From contig JAEUHR010000043.1 in the NCBI GenBank assembly GCA_016794425.1, positions 128,141 to 192,140 of the forward strand: a stretch of DNA of 64,000 nucleotides. The letters run 5' to 3'. The notes under the pieces are model-generated. The model was not told where the DNA came from. It saw only the letters and a program-made list of their open reading frames with translations, and did no database searches. The position numbers and the translations under genes were made by a program. Source of the DNA: Planctomycetota bacterium. Its GTDB lineage: Bacteria; Planctomycetota; UBA1135; UBA2386. Positions 26,381 through 35,263 of the stretch are shown here, one piece after another (within the stretch, counting starts at the first letter, position 1; the number at the start of each line of letters is the position of its first letter).

Positions 26381-29110
26381 TCAGCGGGTCGCCGTCGCCA
26401 TCGGCTGCGGCAGCGTCGCCGCGTTCGGCTCGAACTCCTCCATCAGGATGATCTTGGCGCGGATCAGGATCAGGATCTTGCGGTTCTGCTCCGACGTGCC
26501 GTTGCGGCTGAACAGCCAGCTGAGGCCCGGCAGGCTGCCCAGCAACGGCACCGAGCTGCGCAGGTTCTGCCGCTCCACCAGGCGCATGCCGCCGAGCATC
26601 ATCGTGCCGCCGTCCGGGATCGTGACGGTCGTACGGACGACCTGCAGCGTGACTTCCGGCAGTTGGATCGAGATCGGCTGGCCGACGCCCAGCGTCGTCG
26701 TGAAGGTCGGGATCGGCAGCTGCAGCGTCATCACGGTGGGGCGCAGCTCCATCGTGACGAAGCGCAGGTCGCTGTCGACCACCGGCCGCACGTCGAGCGC
26801 GACGCCGTCGTGCACGGTGCCGATCACCGGGTTCGCGACTGCGGCCGCCTGCGCGATTTCGACTTCGAAGTCGCGGATGTAGGCGAGGTTGCGCAGGAAG
26901 TACATCGACGCCCGCGTGTTGTTGTAGATCAACAGCCGCGGCGCCTCGATCTGCTCGCTGCGCTCCTGCTTCGACACCGCGCGCAGCACGATCTCGACTT
27001 CGGTGTCGTCGAGGAAGGCGTACTGCAGCGACAGGCCGCCGGCGTTGGTCAACCGGCCGGTGCGCCCCGCGAACGTCTGGTCGGCCTGCACGTCGCCGTT
27101 GGTCAGGCCGCTGTTGTTGGCGCCGAACGTGTTGTTGCCGCCGAGCGTCTGGTCGTAGAGGTTCTCGATGCGGGCCATGACGTCGCCGTCACCGCCGTCG
27201 TCGAAGAACAGGCCCGGCTCGGTGCCGGTGCCGACTTCGCCGGGCGCCGCCGGGTTCTGCTGCTGGCGCGGGCCGAAGTCGTCGAAGCCGGCGTTGGGCC
27301 GGTTGCTGTTCTTCTCGAGGCCGCGGCCGGCGAGGCCCTGCGACGCCTGGTTGCCGAGGCCGCGCATGTCGATGCCGACGTCCTCGAGGAAGTTGTCCTC
27401 GACCTTCAGGAAGCGCGATTCGACGTCGACCTGGATGCCGACGTGCCGGCGCAGGTTCTGGACCAGCTCGTCGACCTGCTGGTGCGTTTCGCGGTCGGCG
27501 CGCACGAACAGGATGCCGGCCTGCGGCGTGATCGTGAACGGGCTGCCGTCCCACTTGTCGGTCGCGACGGTCGTCTTGATCAGGTCGATCAGGCGGCCTT
27601 CGTCGACCACGGACGGCTGCGGATCCTCTTCCTCGGCTTCGATCAGCGGGCGGTCGTCGCCCGGCGTCGGCAGCCGCAGGATCGGGCCGGGCTTGCCGAC
27701 GACGCCCTGCACGAGGTCCTGGACCTTGTAGGTCTCGAGGTAGAGCTGGCCGATCGCGTTGGCCGGGCTCACGAGGTGCACCATGCCGTCGCGCACGCGG
27801 TAGGCGACGCCGGTGGCGACCTGGATCGCGCGCAGCGCTTCGGCCACCGACCGCCGCGTCAGGCGGAAGTCGGTCAGCGTCGTCGTCTCGGCAGGCATCT
27901 CGCGCACTTCGGCGGTGGGGAAGAACGTCACGCCGGTGACCTGGCTGTAGTAAGCAGCCCAGTCCTGCACGGTCGCGCTCGAGAAGTTGTGCTCGAGCTG
28001 CGTCTCTTCGAGCAGCTTGGTCACGGCCTGGTTCTCGGGCGAGTCCAGGTCCTGCGGCTGCGAGTACTGCGTCGGCTCCCGCTGCGACACCACGGCCCAG
28101 CGCGCCGGGTCGAACACGACGGTGTCGCTCTGCGGCTTCAGGCTGTGCTGCAGCTCGAGGAACGTCTTGTTCCACTCGGTGCGGAAGCGCTGGCTGTTGG
28201 TGTCGACCGCGAGGTTGTGCCGCGCCATGTCGGCGACGTTGCGCAGCTCGAGCGCCATCGGGTTGGTCGGATCCTGCAGCAGCGCCTGGTCGACCAGCGC
28301 CAGCGAGCGCTGGTAGTCACTGGCCTGGAAGCTCAGGTTCGCCTGCTCCAGCAGGCGCGCGACGCGGCCTTCGCGCTGCACTTCGTTCTCGCGCTGCATG
28401 CGCTGCAGTTCGGCCTCGCTGGCCTGCTTGGCGCGGTCGATCGCTTCGCGCTCGGCGTTGCGCTTGGCATCGCGCGCCTTGGCCAGCATCTCCTCGGCCT
28501 GGCGGCGCAGCGGCTCGTTCTCCTGCGCGTAGGCCGAGAACCGCATCGCGGTCGCGGCGCGCTCGAAGTTGTCGATCGCGCGGCCGAAGTTGCCGAGCTC
28601 CATCTCGGCTGAGCCGAGCTGCAAGTCCTTCTCGACCAGCGAACGCTCGCGCTCGAGCCGGATGCGGTCCTGGATGATCGCGTCGCCGACCACGTCGCGC
28701 AGCGGCACGCCCGAGCCGTCGCCGAGGATCTGGTTGCAGCGCAGCAGGATCTCGCGCGCCTCCGCCTGGTTGTTGTCGAGTTCCAGCGCGTAGGCGGCCT
28801 CGTTGCGCGCGTCTTCGAACAGGCGCAAGTCGAACGACTTCCGCGCGTTCTCGACCACCTTGCGCACCAGCGCGGCGCGGTCCTGCGGGTCCTGGCCCTG
28901 CGGCTCCTGCGTGCGGCGGCCGCGCGACGCCGAAGCGTCCGCCGCCATGCCGCGCGAGCCGGCGCTCGCATCGGCAGCGCCGGTCATCGGCGCGCCGTCG
29001 GGGGACTGCGAAACTTCTTGGACGCCAGCGGTGGTGCCCGAACAGGCGGCGAGGGCGAGCAGGGACGACGCGCAGAGGCCGCGCAAGCGCAGGGTCTGGA
29101 CCTTGATCAT
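26381..29110 (-). CDS. secretin-family outer-membrane lipoprotein (paralogue 2) with long N-terminal helical extension
   Basis: Canonical lipobox LLALAACS. Helical region about 300 aa. N0/N1-like modules. Secretin domain (EIVLRAVSKQERSEQIEAPRLLIYNN...IPDGGTMMLGGM...VPLLGSLPGLSWLFSR). ATG checked at 29108-29110. Confidence 0.85.
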   Translation of the reverse strand: MIKVQTLRLRGLCASSLLALAACSGTTAGVQEVSQSPDGAPMTGAADASAGSRGMAADASASRGRRTQEPQGQDPQDRAALVRKVVENARKSFDLRLFEDARNEAAYALELDNNQAEAREILLRCNQILGDGSGVPLRDVVGDAIIQDRIRLERERSLVEKDLQLGSAEMELGNFGRAIDNFERAATAMRFSAYAQENEPLRRQAEEMLAKARDAKRNAEREAIDRAKQASEAELQRMQRENEVQREGRVARLLEQANLSFQASDYQRSLALVDQALLQDPTNPMALELRNVADMARHNLAVDTNSQRFRTEWNKTFLELQHSLKPQSDTVVFDPARWAVVSQREPTQYSQPQDLDSPENQAVTKLLEETQLEHNFSSATVQDWAAYYSQVTGVTFFPTAEVREMPAETTTLTDFRLTRRSVAEALRAIQVATGVAYRVRDGMVHLVSPANAIGQLYLETYKVQDLVQGVVGKPGPILRLPTPGDDRPLIEAEEEDPQPSVVDEGRLIDLIKTTVATDKWDGSPFTITPQAGILFVRADRETHQQVDELVQNLRRHVGIQVDVESRFLKVEDNFLEDVGIDMRGLGNQASQGLAGRGLEKNSNRPNAGFDDFGPRQQQNPAAPGEVGTGTEPGLFFDDGGDGDVMARIENLYDQTLGGNNTFGANNSGLTNGDVQADQTFAGRTGRLTNAGGLSLQYAFLDDTEVEIVLRAVSKQERSEQIEAPRLLIYNNTRASMYFLRNLAYIRDFEVEIAQAAAVANPVIGTVHDGVALDVRPVVDSDLRFVTMELRPTVMTLQLPIPTFTTTLGVGQPISIQLPEVTLQVVRTTVTIPDGGTMMLGGMRLVERQNLRSSVPLLGSLPGLSWLFSRNGTSEQNRKILILIRAKIILMEEFEPNAATLPQPMATATR

Positions 29111-29274
29111 GCTGGGAAAGCCTGCCAGATAGCGATCGGGGAGAGGGGCGATGCCACCGCGCTCGACGTCACCGGCCTGCATGCCACAGGAACCCGGAAG
29201 AGGGCGGCGAGAATGGCGGTTCCGGACGATTCCTCGCGCGTTCGTGGGAGCTTCGCACGGGCGAGGGACGCCGG

Positions 29275-29303
29275 ACGGTAGCGAGCCCTTCCCGCAGGGT
29301 CAA
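29275..29303 (-). promoter_or_regulatory. candidate promoter TTGACC-N17-TACCGT (minus strand) upstream of secretin paralogue 2
   Basis: The reverse complement of 29298-29303 is TTGACC and that of 29275-29280 is TACCGT. Motif match only. Confidence 0.25.
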
Positions 29304-29319
29304 GGCTGGTTCAGGCGCT

Positions 29320-30147
29320 TCAACCGTTGGTCTTGCCGGGCACTTCGGGCCGTCCGAGCAGGCGGTTCACGCGCTTGATGTCGTCCCAGGTCTCGCGCTT
29401 GTGCGACGGGTCGCGCAGCAGGTACGCGGGGTGCCAGGTGACCACGACCGGCGTGCCCTCGTAGGCCAGGTCGCGGCCGCGCAGCGCGCGCATCGGTTCG
29501 GCGGTCCCGAGCAGGTTGTGGGCGGCGACGCGGCCGAGGCAGACGATCACACGCGGCTGCAGGATCGCGATCTGCCGGCGCAGGAACGGCAGGCAGGCGG
29601 CGACCTCGTCGGGCTCCGGGTTGCGGTTGCCGGGCGGGCGGCACTTGTTGAGGTTGGCGATGTAGACGTCGCTGCGCTGCAACCCCATCGCTCCAGCGAG
29701 GATGCGTTCGAGCAGCTGGCCGGCGGGGCCGACGAACGGCCGGCCGGTCTGGTCCTCGACGGCGCCGGGTGCCTCACCGACGAACAGCACCTCGGGGCGG
29801 GCATTGCCCTCGCCGAACACGGCGTGCGTGCGGCCCTGGTGCAGCTTGCAGCGCGTGCACGGCATCACCTCGGCGCGCAGCGCCAGCAGTGCCGCGGCGG
29901 CGTCGGCGTCGGCGGCCGCCGGTCCGGCGGTCGAGGGCGTTCGCGGTGCAGGCGGCGTCGGGCTCCCCGCGGGCGGCGCCGGTGCGGCCCCCGGCGCGCG
30001 CGCCGCGGCGACGGGGGGCGGCGCCGGGGCCGAGGCGGCGGCCCGCGGCGGCGCCACCGCGGTGCCGCGCGGCAGCACCAGGTCGGTGCCATAGGCCTCG
30101 GCGACCCGTTCGAGGTGCTGCCGCAGCGCTGTCGGGTCGACCGCCAC
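29320..30147 (-). CDS. uracil-DNA glycosylase, family 4, with Pro/Ala-rich N-terminal extension
   Basis: CTRCKL...[33 protein letters not shown]...[13 protein letters not shown]...HPAYLLR are hallmark family-4 UDG motifs. Confidence 0.9.
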   Translation of the reverse strand: MAVDPTALRQHLERVAEAYGTDLVLPRGTAVAPPRAAASAPAPPPVAAARAPGAAPAPPAGSPTPPAPRTPSTAGPAAADADAAAALLALRAEVMPCTRCKLHQGRTHAVFGEGNARPEVLFVGEAPGAVEDQTGRPFVGPAGQLLERILAGAMGLQRSDVYIANLNKCRPPGNRNPEPDEVAACLPFLRRQIAILQPRVIVCLGRVAAHNLLGTAEPMRALRGRDLAYEGTPVVVTWHPAYLLRDPSHKRETWDDIKRVNRLLGRPEVPGKTNG

Positions 30148-30157
30148 GGCGGCCGTT

Positions 30158-31255
30158 CTACCGCGGTTCCGGGTCGGCGGCCATCGGGTAGTCGGCCTCG
30201 CGCGGGAACAGCCCGTAGCTGTGGGCGAGGCTCGGCCGCGGTCCGAGCGCGATCACCGAGTGCCAGGCAACGTCGTCGATGCCTTGCGAAGGCAAGAGGA
30301 TCACGTCGCCGGCGCGCAGCACGAACAGCGCGCCGTGGGCGGCCAACCGGGCCGTGAACGCCGCGTCGCGGTTCAGGCGCCGGTAGAGCTGTCGATCGTC
30401 GCCGCGGTCGAGTGCGTCCATCGCGCGCTGCACCGCGCGCGGCGAGCGGTCGTTGGCCAGCAGCGCGGCGAGCCGGCGCTTGCCGAGCGCGAGCCATGCC
30501 GTGTGGCCTTCGAGCTGGCTGAACACGACGCCGAGCTGGCCCGGCTCGGCATCGTGGTGGAACACCGCGCCGCCGTTCGGCGCGTTGTTGTAGACGATGC
30601 GCTCGCTGAGCCGGTGCGGCCGCTGCAGCAGCTGCGCCAGCAGCCGCCGCAGCGGCGCGCAGCGCAGCACCGCGTCGCATTCGGGGAACGCGCGCGCTGC
30701 GAACTGGTCGACCCAGCCGGCGGTCAGATCGGACGCCTGCATCCACTCCTCGAGCTGCTCGAGGCCGGCCGAGAAGCGGATCCGCAGCGATCGATCGCAG
30801 GCATCGTCGGCGATCCACGTCAGCTTGGCCCACAGATCCTTCGCCACCACGCGGCCGTCGACCTCGGCGTCGACGAACACGCGTTCGATCTCGCGCGGGT
30901 CGTTGCGGTCCTTGGTGCTGCCGGCGTAGCGCAGCTCGTGGTCGGCGCGCAGGCGCCGGTCCAGTTCGGCGAGGAACGCGCCGCCGCGCCGCAGCCGGTC
31001 GAACATGCGCAGCGTCGCCGCGATCGCGGCGGCGTGGCGCGCCGGGCCCTGGCCGAGCATGCCGGGCAGGAACACCGCCTCGCTGCGCTGCCAGCGCGCC
31101 AGCGCCCGGGCGGCGTCCGGCGGCGTGCGGTCGACGGCGACCGCGAAGCCGAGGTCGGCGTCGCGGCGGCGCAGCGGCCAGACCGCGCGGCCGCGGCGGC
31201 GCAGCGCGCGGGCCGTACCGTCGGCACCGGCGGCGAGGTGGCGGGCGGTGTACAC
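30158..31255 (-). CDS. hypothetical protein, possible cupin/JmjC-like Fe(II) oxygenase fold
   Basis: Only the C-terminal ~366 codons of the 1354-aa ORF look coding. There is an HxD...H candidate triad (AVFHHDAEPG ... VAWHSVIALG). The GTG start at 31255 is a guess. Confidence 0.5.
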   Translation of the reverse strand: MYTARHLAAGADGTARALRRRGRAVWPLRRRDADLGFAVAVDRTPPDAARALARWQRSEAVFLPGMLGQGPARHAAAIAATLRMFDRLRRGGAFLAELDRRLRADHELRYAGSTKDRNDPREIERVFVDAEVDGRVVAKDLWAKLTWIADDACDRSLRIRFSAGLEQLEEWMQASDLTAGWVDQFAARAFPECDAVLRCAPLRRLLAQLLQRPHRLSERIVYNNAPNGGAVFHHDAEPGQLGVVFSQLEGHTAWLALGKRRLAALLANDRSPRAVQRAMDALDRGDDRQLYRRLNRDAAFTARLAAHGALFVLRAGDVILLPSQGIDDVAWHSVIALGPRPSLAHSYGLFPREADYPMAADPEPR

Positions 31256-31339
31256 GCGCGCACAGCGTGCCGGCCGCGCCGCGCCGTGCAAGTGCGCACC
31301 TTGACCCGGTGGCGTCCGCTCGCATCCTTGTCCGGCCCG

Positions 31340-34138
31340 ATGCACGACCCCTCGATCGAACCGGACGACGCCCGCGCACTGCCGTGGTGGGCTGCCGCCG
31401 CGGCGATGGTCGGGCTCGTGCTGGTCGCGTACCTGCCGGCGGCGCTGCGCGCGCAGTTCCTGAACTTCGACGATCCGTTCTTCTTCGGCCCGCAGAACCC
31501 CGAGTTCACGGCCGGGCTCGGCGCGGTGCTCGACCCGTCGCGGCCGATCGCCAACGCCTGGCTGCCGGTCGCGCACGCGTCGCTGTGGTTCGACTGGTGG
31601 CTCGGCGGCGGCCGGCCGCTGCTGCCGCACCTGTCGTCGCTGCTGCTGCACGCGCTGGCCGCGACCGTGCTGGTCCGGTTGTGCTTCGCGCTGACCGCGC
31701 GGCGCGGGTTGTCGCTCGCGGTCGGCGCCGTGTTCGCCGTGCATCCGGCGCTCGCCGAATCGGTGGCCTGGGTCAGCGGCCGCAAGGACGTGCTCAGCGG
31801 CCTGTTCGTGTTCGCGGCGCTGCTGCTGACGGTGCGCCAGGGCGAACGGCCGCGCGCGTGGCGGCTCGCGGCGATCGCGCTGTGCGGCGCACTGGCGATG
31901 TACGCGAAGGCCACGGCGGTGGTCGCGCCGCTGCTGGCACTGCTGTGCTGCGTCGCCGCCGGGCGCGCGCGGCAGCGCTGGCTCGCGCCGGCCGTGCTGC
32001 TGCTGGTCACGGTGCCGATCGCGTGGCACCACCAGACCGTCGCCGCCGCCGAAGGCACGCTGGCCGGCGGTGCGCCGAGCGAGCGCCTGCTGCAGGTGCC
32101 GGGCGCGTTCTGGCACTACACAGCGACGACGCTGTGGCCTGTGCGGCTGAACGTGCTGTATCCCGAGGTCGACACGCTGGCGCGGTTCCGCGCGCTGCTG
32201 GTGCCGGGCGGCCTCGCGCTGGCGGCGGTGGCGGCGCTGCTGCTGCTCGCGTGGTGGCGGCCGCGCTGGCGCGCCGCGGCGGCCGGCGCGGTGGCGTTCG
32301 TGCTCGCACTGCTGCCGTTCAACACCGCGTTCCCGGCGTCGTCGATCGCCGCGGCCGATCGGTATCTCTACCTGGCGGTGCCCGGCGCGGCGCTGGCGCT
32401 GTTCGCGGCGCTGCAACAGGTCGCACCGCGCGGGTTGCCGTGGGGCGCGGCGGCTCTGCTGCTGCCGCTGCTGTGGTGGTGCGGCGGCCGTGCGCACGAC
32501 TTCGGCGACAGCGAGACGCTGTGGCGGCAGAGCCTCGCGGTCGAGCCGGTGAACGCGGTCGCGCAGCTGAACCTCGTCAGCGACCTGCTGCAGCGCGGAC
32601 CGACCGCCGCCGACGAGCTGCAGCGCCCGCTGCTGGCGGCCGTCGCGGCGGCGCGCTATCCGATCCACGAACTGCGCGCGCGGCTCCTCCTGGTGCGCAT
32701 CGGCCTCGCCGGCGCCGACTACGCAGCCGCGGCCGAGCATGCGCGCGCCGCGATCGCCGCCGCCGAACGCCAGCTCGCGGCGGAAGTGGCGCCACGGCGG
32801 CGCGCCGAGGCGCAGGTCTGGCTGCTGCAGGCGTGCCTGGCGGCGTTCGAGCCGCTGCAGAAGGCCGGTGACACGGCCGGCGGCGAAGCGGCCTGGGAGC
32901 GCGCGCGCACGCTGGTGCCGGCACATCCCGACGTGGTCGCGTTCGCGCAGCTGCGCGAACTGTCGCTGGCGCTCGGCGTGCCGCCGCGGCCGTTGGCCGA
33001 CGACGACCCGCGCGGCGCCGCTGCCGATGCCGCGCTGGCCGCGGCGCGGGACGCGGCGCCCGAGCACGCGGGGCTGTGGTGCACGCAGGCCGCCTGGCAC
33101 GCCGCGCGCGGCCGCGTGCTGCCGGCGCTGCACGCCTACCGCCGCGCGTTCGCGGCCGATCCCGACTGCATCGATGCGTGGCTCGGCGCGGCGCGCCTGC
33201 TGCGCGAGCGCGACAACTGCGCCGACGCCGAGACCTACGCGCGCCGCGGGCTCGAGCGGCGGCCCGATCCCGCCCTGCGGCAGGAGCTCGCGCTGGCGCT
33301 GGTGGGGCAGGGGCGGCTCGACGACGCGATCCTGCACCTCGAAGCGTGCTTGCGGCTGCGCCCCGATGCGGACACCGCGAAGGTGCTCGCGAACGTGCTG
33401 ATCGGCCGCGCCTACGAGCGGCTGTCGACGCGCGACGGCGACCGCACCGAAGTGCTGCGGCTGGTCGAACGCGCGCTGCAGTGCAATCCGAACGAAGCCA
33501 AGGCGCACCTCGTGCTCGGTCGGCTCGCGCGCGAGCAACGCCAGTTCGCGACGGCGGTGCAGCACCTCGAGATCGCACACCGTCTGCTGCCCGACTTCGC
33601 CGACGCGCGGCACCTGCTGGCGCAGAGTCTCGCCGACCTCGGCCTCGAGCGTGTGCTGGCCCACGACGACGAAGCGGCCGGCACCGCGTTCCGCCGCTGC
33701 CTCGACATCGCGCCGCCGGACTTCGTCACCGACGGTGCCCGGCTGCAACTGACCGCGATCTGGCGGCGCAGCGAGGCGCGCGGCGTCGAGTGCCTGCGCA
33801 CCGGCGACCGCGCCGGCGCCGAGGCGGCCTTCCGGCGCTGCCTGCAGCTCGAACCGGACCAGCACTGGGCGGCGTGGCTCCTGGCGACGACGCTGCACGA
33901 ACGCGCCGACGCCGACCTCGCCGAGCTCGAGCGGCTGTGCCGGCAGGCGGTCGCGTGGCAGCGGCAGAACGGCCTCGACCGCAGCCAGCAGGTCTACCTG
34001 CTGGCGGCGACGCTGGCGCGCGCCGGCAACGCCGATGCGGCGCGCGCCGCCGCGCGCGAGCTGCTCGCCGACGCCGATGCCGCGGCGGCCGCGCCGCCGG
34101 CCGTGCGCGCCGCGCTGCAGCGCTTCGCCGCCGACTGA
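31340..34138 (+). CDS. polytopic membrane protein with C-terminal TPR array; TMTC/PMT-like (GT-C fold) glycosyltransferase candidate
   Basis: Internal ATG at 31340 (MHDPSIEPDD). About 10 TM helices carry a first-loop FLNFDDPFFF motif. About 500 aa of TPR follow (AWLGAARLLRERDNCADAETYARRGLE...). The upstream 373 codons of the ORF are shadow sequence. Confidence 0.7.
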   Translation: MHDPSIEPDDARALPWWAAAAAMVGLVLVAYLPAALRAQFLNFDDPFFFGPQNPEFTAGLGAVLDPSRPIANAWLPVAHASLWFDWWLGGGRPLLPHLSSLLLHALAATVLVRLCFALTARRGLSLAVGAVFAVHPALAESVAWVSGRKDVLSGLFVFAALLLTVRQGERPRAWRLAAIALCGALAMYAKATAVVAPLLALLCCVAAGRARQRWLAPAVLLLVTVPIAWHHQTVAAAEGTLAGGAPSERLLQVPGAFWHYTATTLWPVRLNVLYPEVDTLARFRALLVPGGLALAAVAALLLLAWWRPRWRAAAAGAVAFVLALLPFNTAFPASSIAAADRYLYLAVPGAALALFAALQQVAPRGLPWGAAALLLPLLWWCGGRAHDFGDSETLWRQSLAVEPVNAVAQLNLVSDLLQRGPTAADELQRPLLAAVAAARYPIHELRARLLLVRIGLAGADYAAAAEHARAAIAAAERQLAAEVAPRRRAEAQVWLLQACLAAFEPLQKAGDTAGGEAAWERARTLVPAHPDVVAFAQLRELSLALGVPPRPLADDDPRGAAADAALAAARDAAPEHAGLWCTQAAWHAARGRVLPALHAYRRAFAADPDCIDAWLGAARLLRERDNCADAETYARRGLERRPDPALRQELALALVGQGRLDDAILHLEACLRLRPDADTAKVLANVLIGRAYERLSTRDGDRTEVLRLVERALQCNPNEAKAHLVLGRLAREQRQFATAVQHLEIAHRLLPDFADARHLLAQSLADLGLERVLAHDDEAAGTAFRRCLDIAPPDFVTDGARLQLTAIWRRSEARGVECLRTGDRAGAEAAFRRCLQLEPDQHWAAWLLATTLHERADADLAELERLCRQAVAWQRQNGLDRSQQVYLLAATLARAGNADAARAAARELLADADAAAAAPPAVRAALQRFAAD

Positions 34139-34322
34139 GGTCGCCGCATTCGCCGGCGGCAGTCCATTGCACCGCTGCCTCGGGCTCGCTAGCCTGCGGC
34201 GCTGCGGCTCGGTCAGCCGCAACTCGGTCAGCCCGTCGCGGTACCGCCGCGCGGGTGCTTCTGCTGGTCCATCTTCGTTTCGCTAGCCGGCGCCCGCACA
34301 GACGGGGCGCGGGGGTTTCCAC

Positions 34323-34958
34323 GTGGCGCGCAAATCCGCCGACATGATCCTGCTGCTCGGTTCGCGCGGGCAGTATCGCGGTCGCAAGTCCAGTTTCCTG
34401 AGCTCGTTGGGGGCTTCGCTCAGCGGTCTCTTCGGCCGCGCCACCGCCGGTCGGTCGAGCCTGCGCGGCAGCCGCGCCAGCAGTTCGACGCCGAGCCGGG
34501 CCGGCAACCTGGTGCTGCTGGCCGTGCTGCTGGTCGGTTTCGCCGGTGGCTTCTTCGTGCGCGGGCACTTCGCCGCGGCCGCACCGGCCGATGGCTCCGC
34601 CGGTCTGCAGGCGACACCGCGGTCGCCGAGCATCGTCGGCGAGATCGACGCGGCCCCGCTGGCGAACGAGGCGTTCATCGTCTCGGCCTACCCGGGCCTG
34701 CCGGCGCCGGAAGCGCAGCAGCGCGCCAAGGAGCTGGCCGAATGGCTGCGCGGGCAGGAACTGCGCCGCGCCCGGCCGTTCGAGTACCAGGCCCAGAGCG
34801 GACCCCTGTGGGTGGTGGCGGTCTACTTCGACGGCGAGGCCGAGAAGGCCGCGACCGCCGAGCGCCTGCGCGGTCTGCCGCAGGAGGTGCCGGACGCCAT
34901 GTTCGCCCACTTCAGAAAGTCGGACTCGGACTGGCCGAAACCGCTGACCATCCGGTAG
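34323..34958 (+). CDS. membrane-anchored protein with C-terminal SPOR-like domain (tentative)
   Basis: GTG start, one TM helix (NLVLLAVLLVGFAGGFFV). The C-terminal FIVSAYPG...AKELAEWL...LWVVAVYFDGEAEKAATAERL resembles a SPOR fold pattern. Confidence 0.5.
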   Translation: MARKSADMILLLGSRGQYRGRKSSFLSSLGASLSGLFGRATAGRSSLRGSRASSSTPSRAGNLVLLAVLLVGFAGGFFVRGHFAAAAPADGSAGLQATPRSPSIVGEIDAAPLANEAFIVSAYPGLPAPEAQQRAKELAEWLRGQELRRARPFEYQAQSGPLWVVAVYFDGEAEKAATAERLRGLPQEVPDAMFAHFRKSDSDWPKPLTIR

Positions 34959-34996
34959 GATCCTCCGCCCTTTTCCGCCCGTAGACCGAGTTCGAC

Positions 34997-35239
34997 ATGA
35001 CGATCCACAGCAGCCTCCGGCTCGCCGGTACGACCGGTGGCCAACGCAACGTCTGGACCCGCATGGAGCGCCTGCTCGCGCTGAAGAAGACGGGTTCCTG
35101 GAAGGAAGGTGACCGGGTCGAGGGCCTGCGCAAGGTGCGCACCTCGTTCAAGGCCAAGGCCAAGAAGAAGGCCGCCGAGCCCGCCGCCGATGCCGCCAAG
35201 CCCGCCGCAGCGGCGTCGGCCGCGCCGGCCAAGAAGTAG
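34997..35239 (+). CDS. small basic protein (TIGR04137-like)
   Basis: 80 aa. MTIHSSLRL...GGQRNVWTRMERLLALKKTG plus a Lys/Ala-rich tail, as I recall for the PVC-type small basic protein family. Confidence 0.6.
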   Translation: MTIHSSLRLAGTTGGQRNVWTRMERLLALKKTGSWKEGDRVEGLRKVRTSFKAKAKKKAAEPAADAAKPAAAASAAPAKK

Positions 35240-35263
35240 CGCCGGCGCACGTCAGGACCGCCG

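Noticed and set aside
31256-34222. N-terminal ~990 codons of the 1354-aa minus-strand ORF 30158-34222
   Set aside because: This part is antisense to the TMTC-like membrane/TPR gene and has shadow-ORF composition. Only the C-terminal ~366 codons (30158-31255) have protein-like composition.
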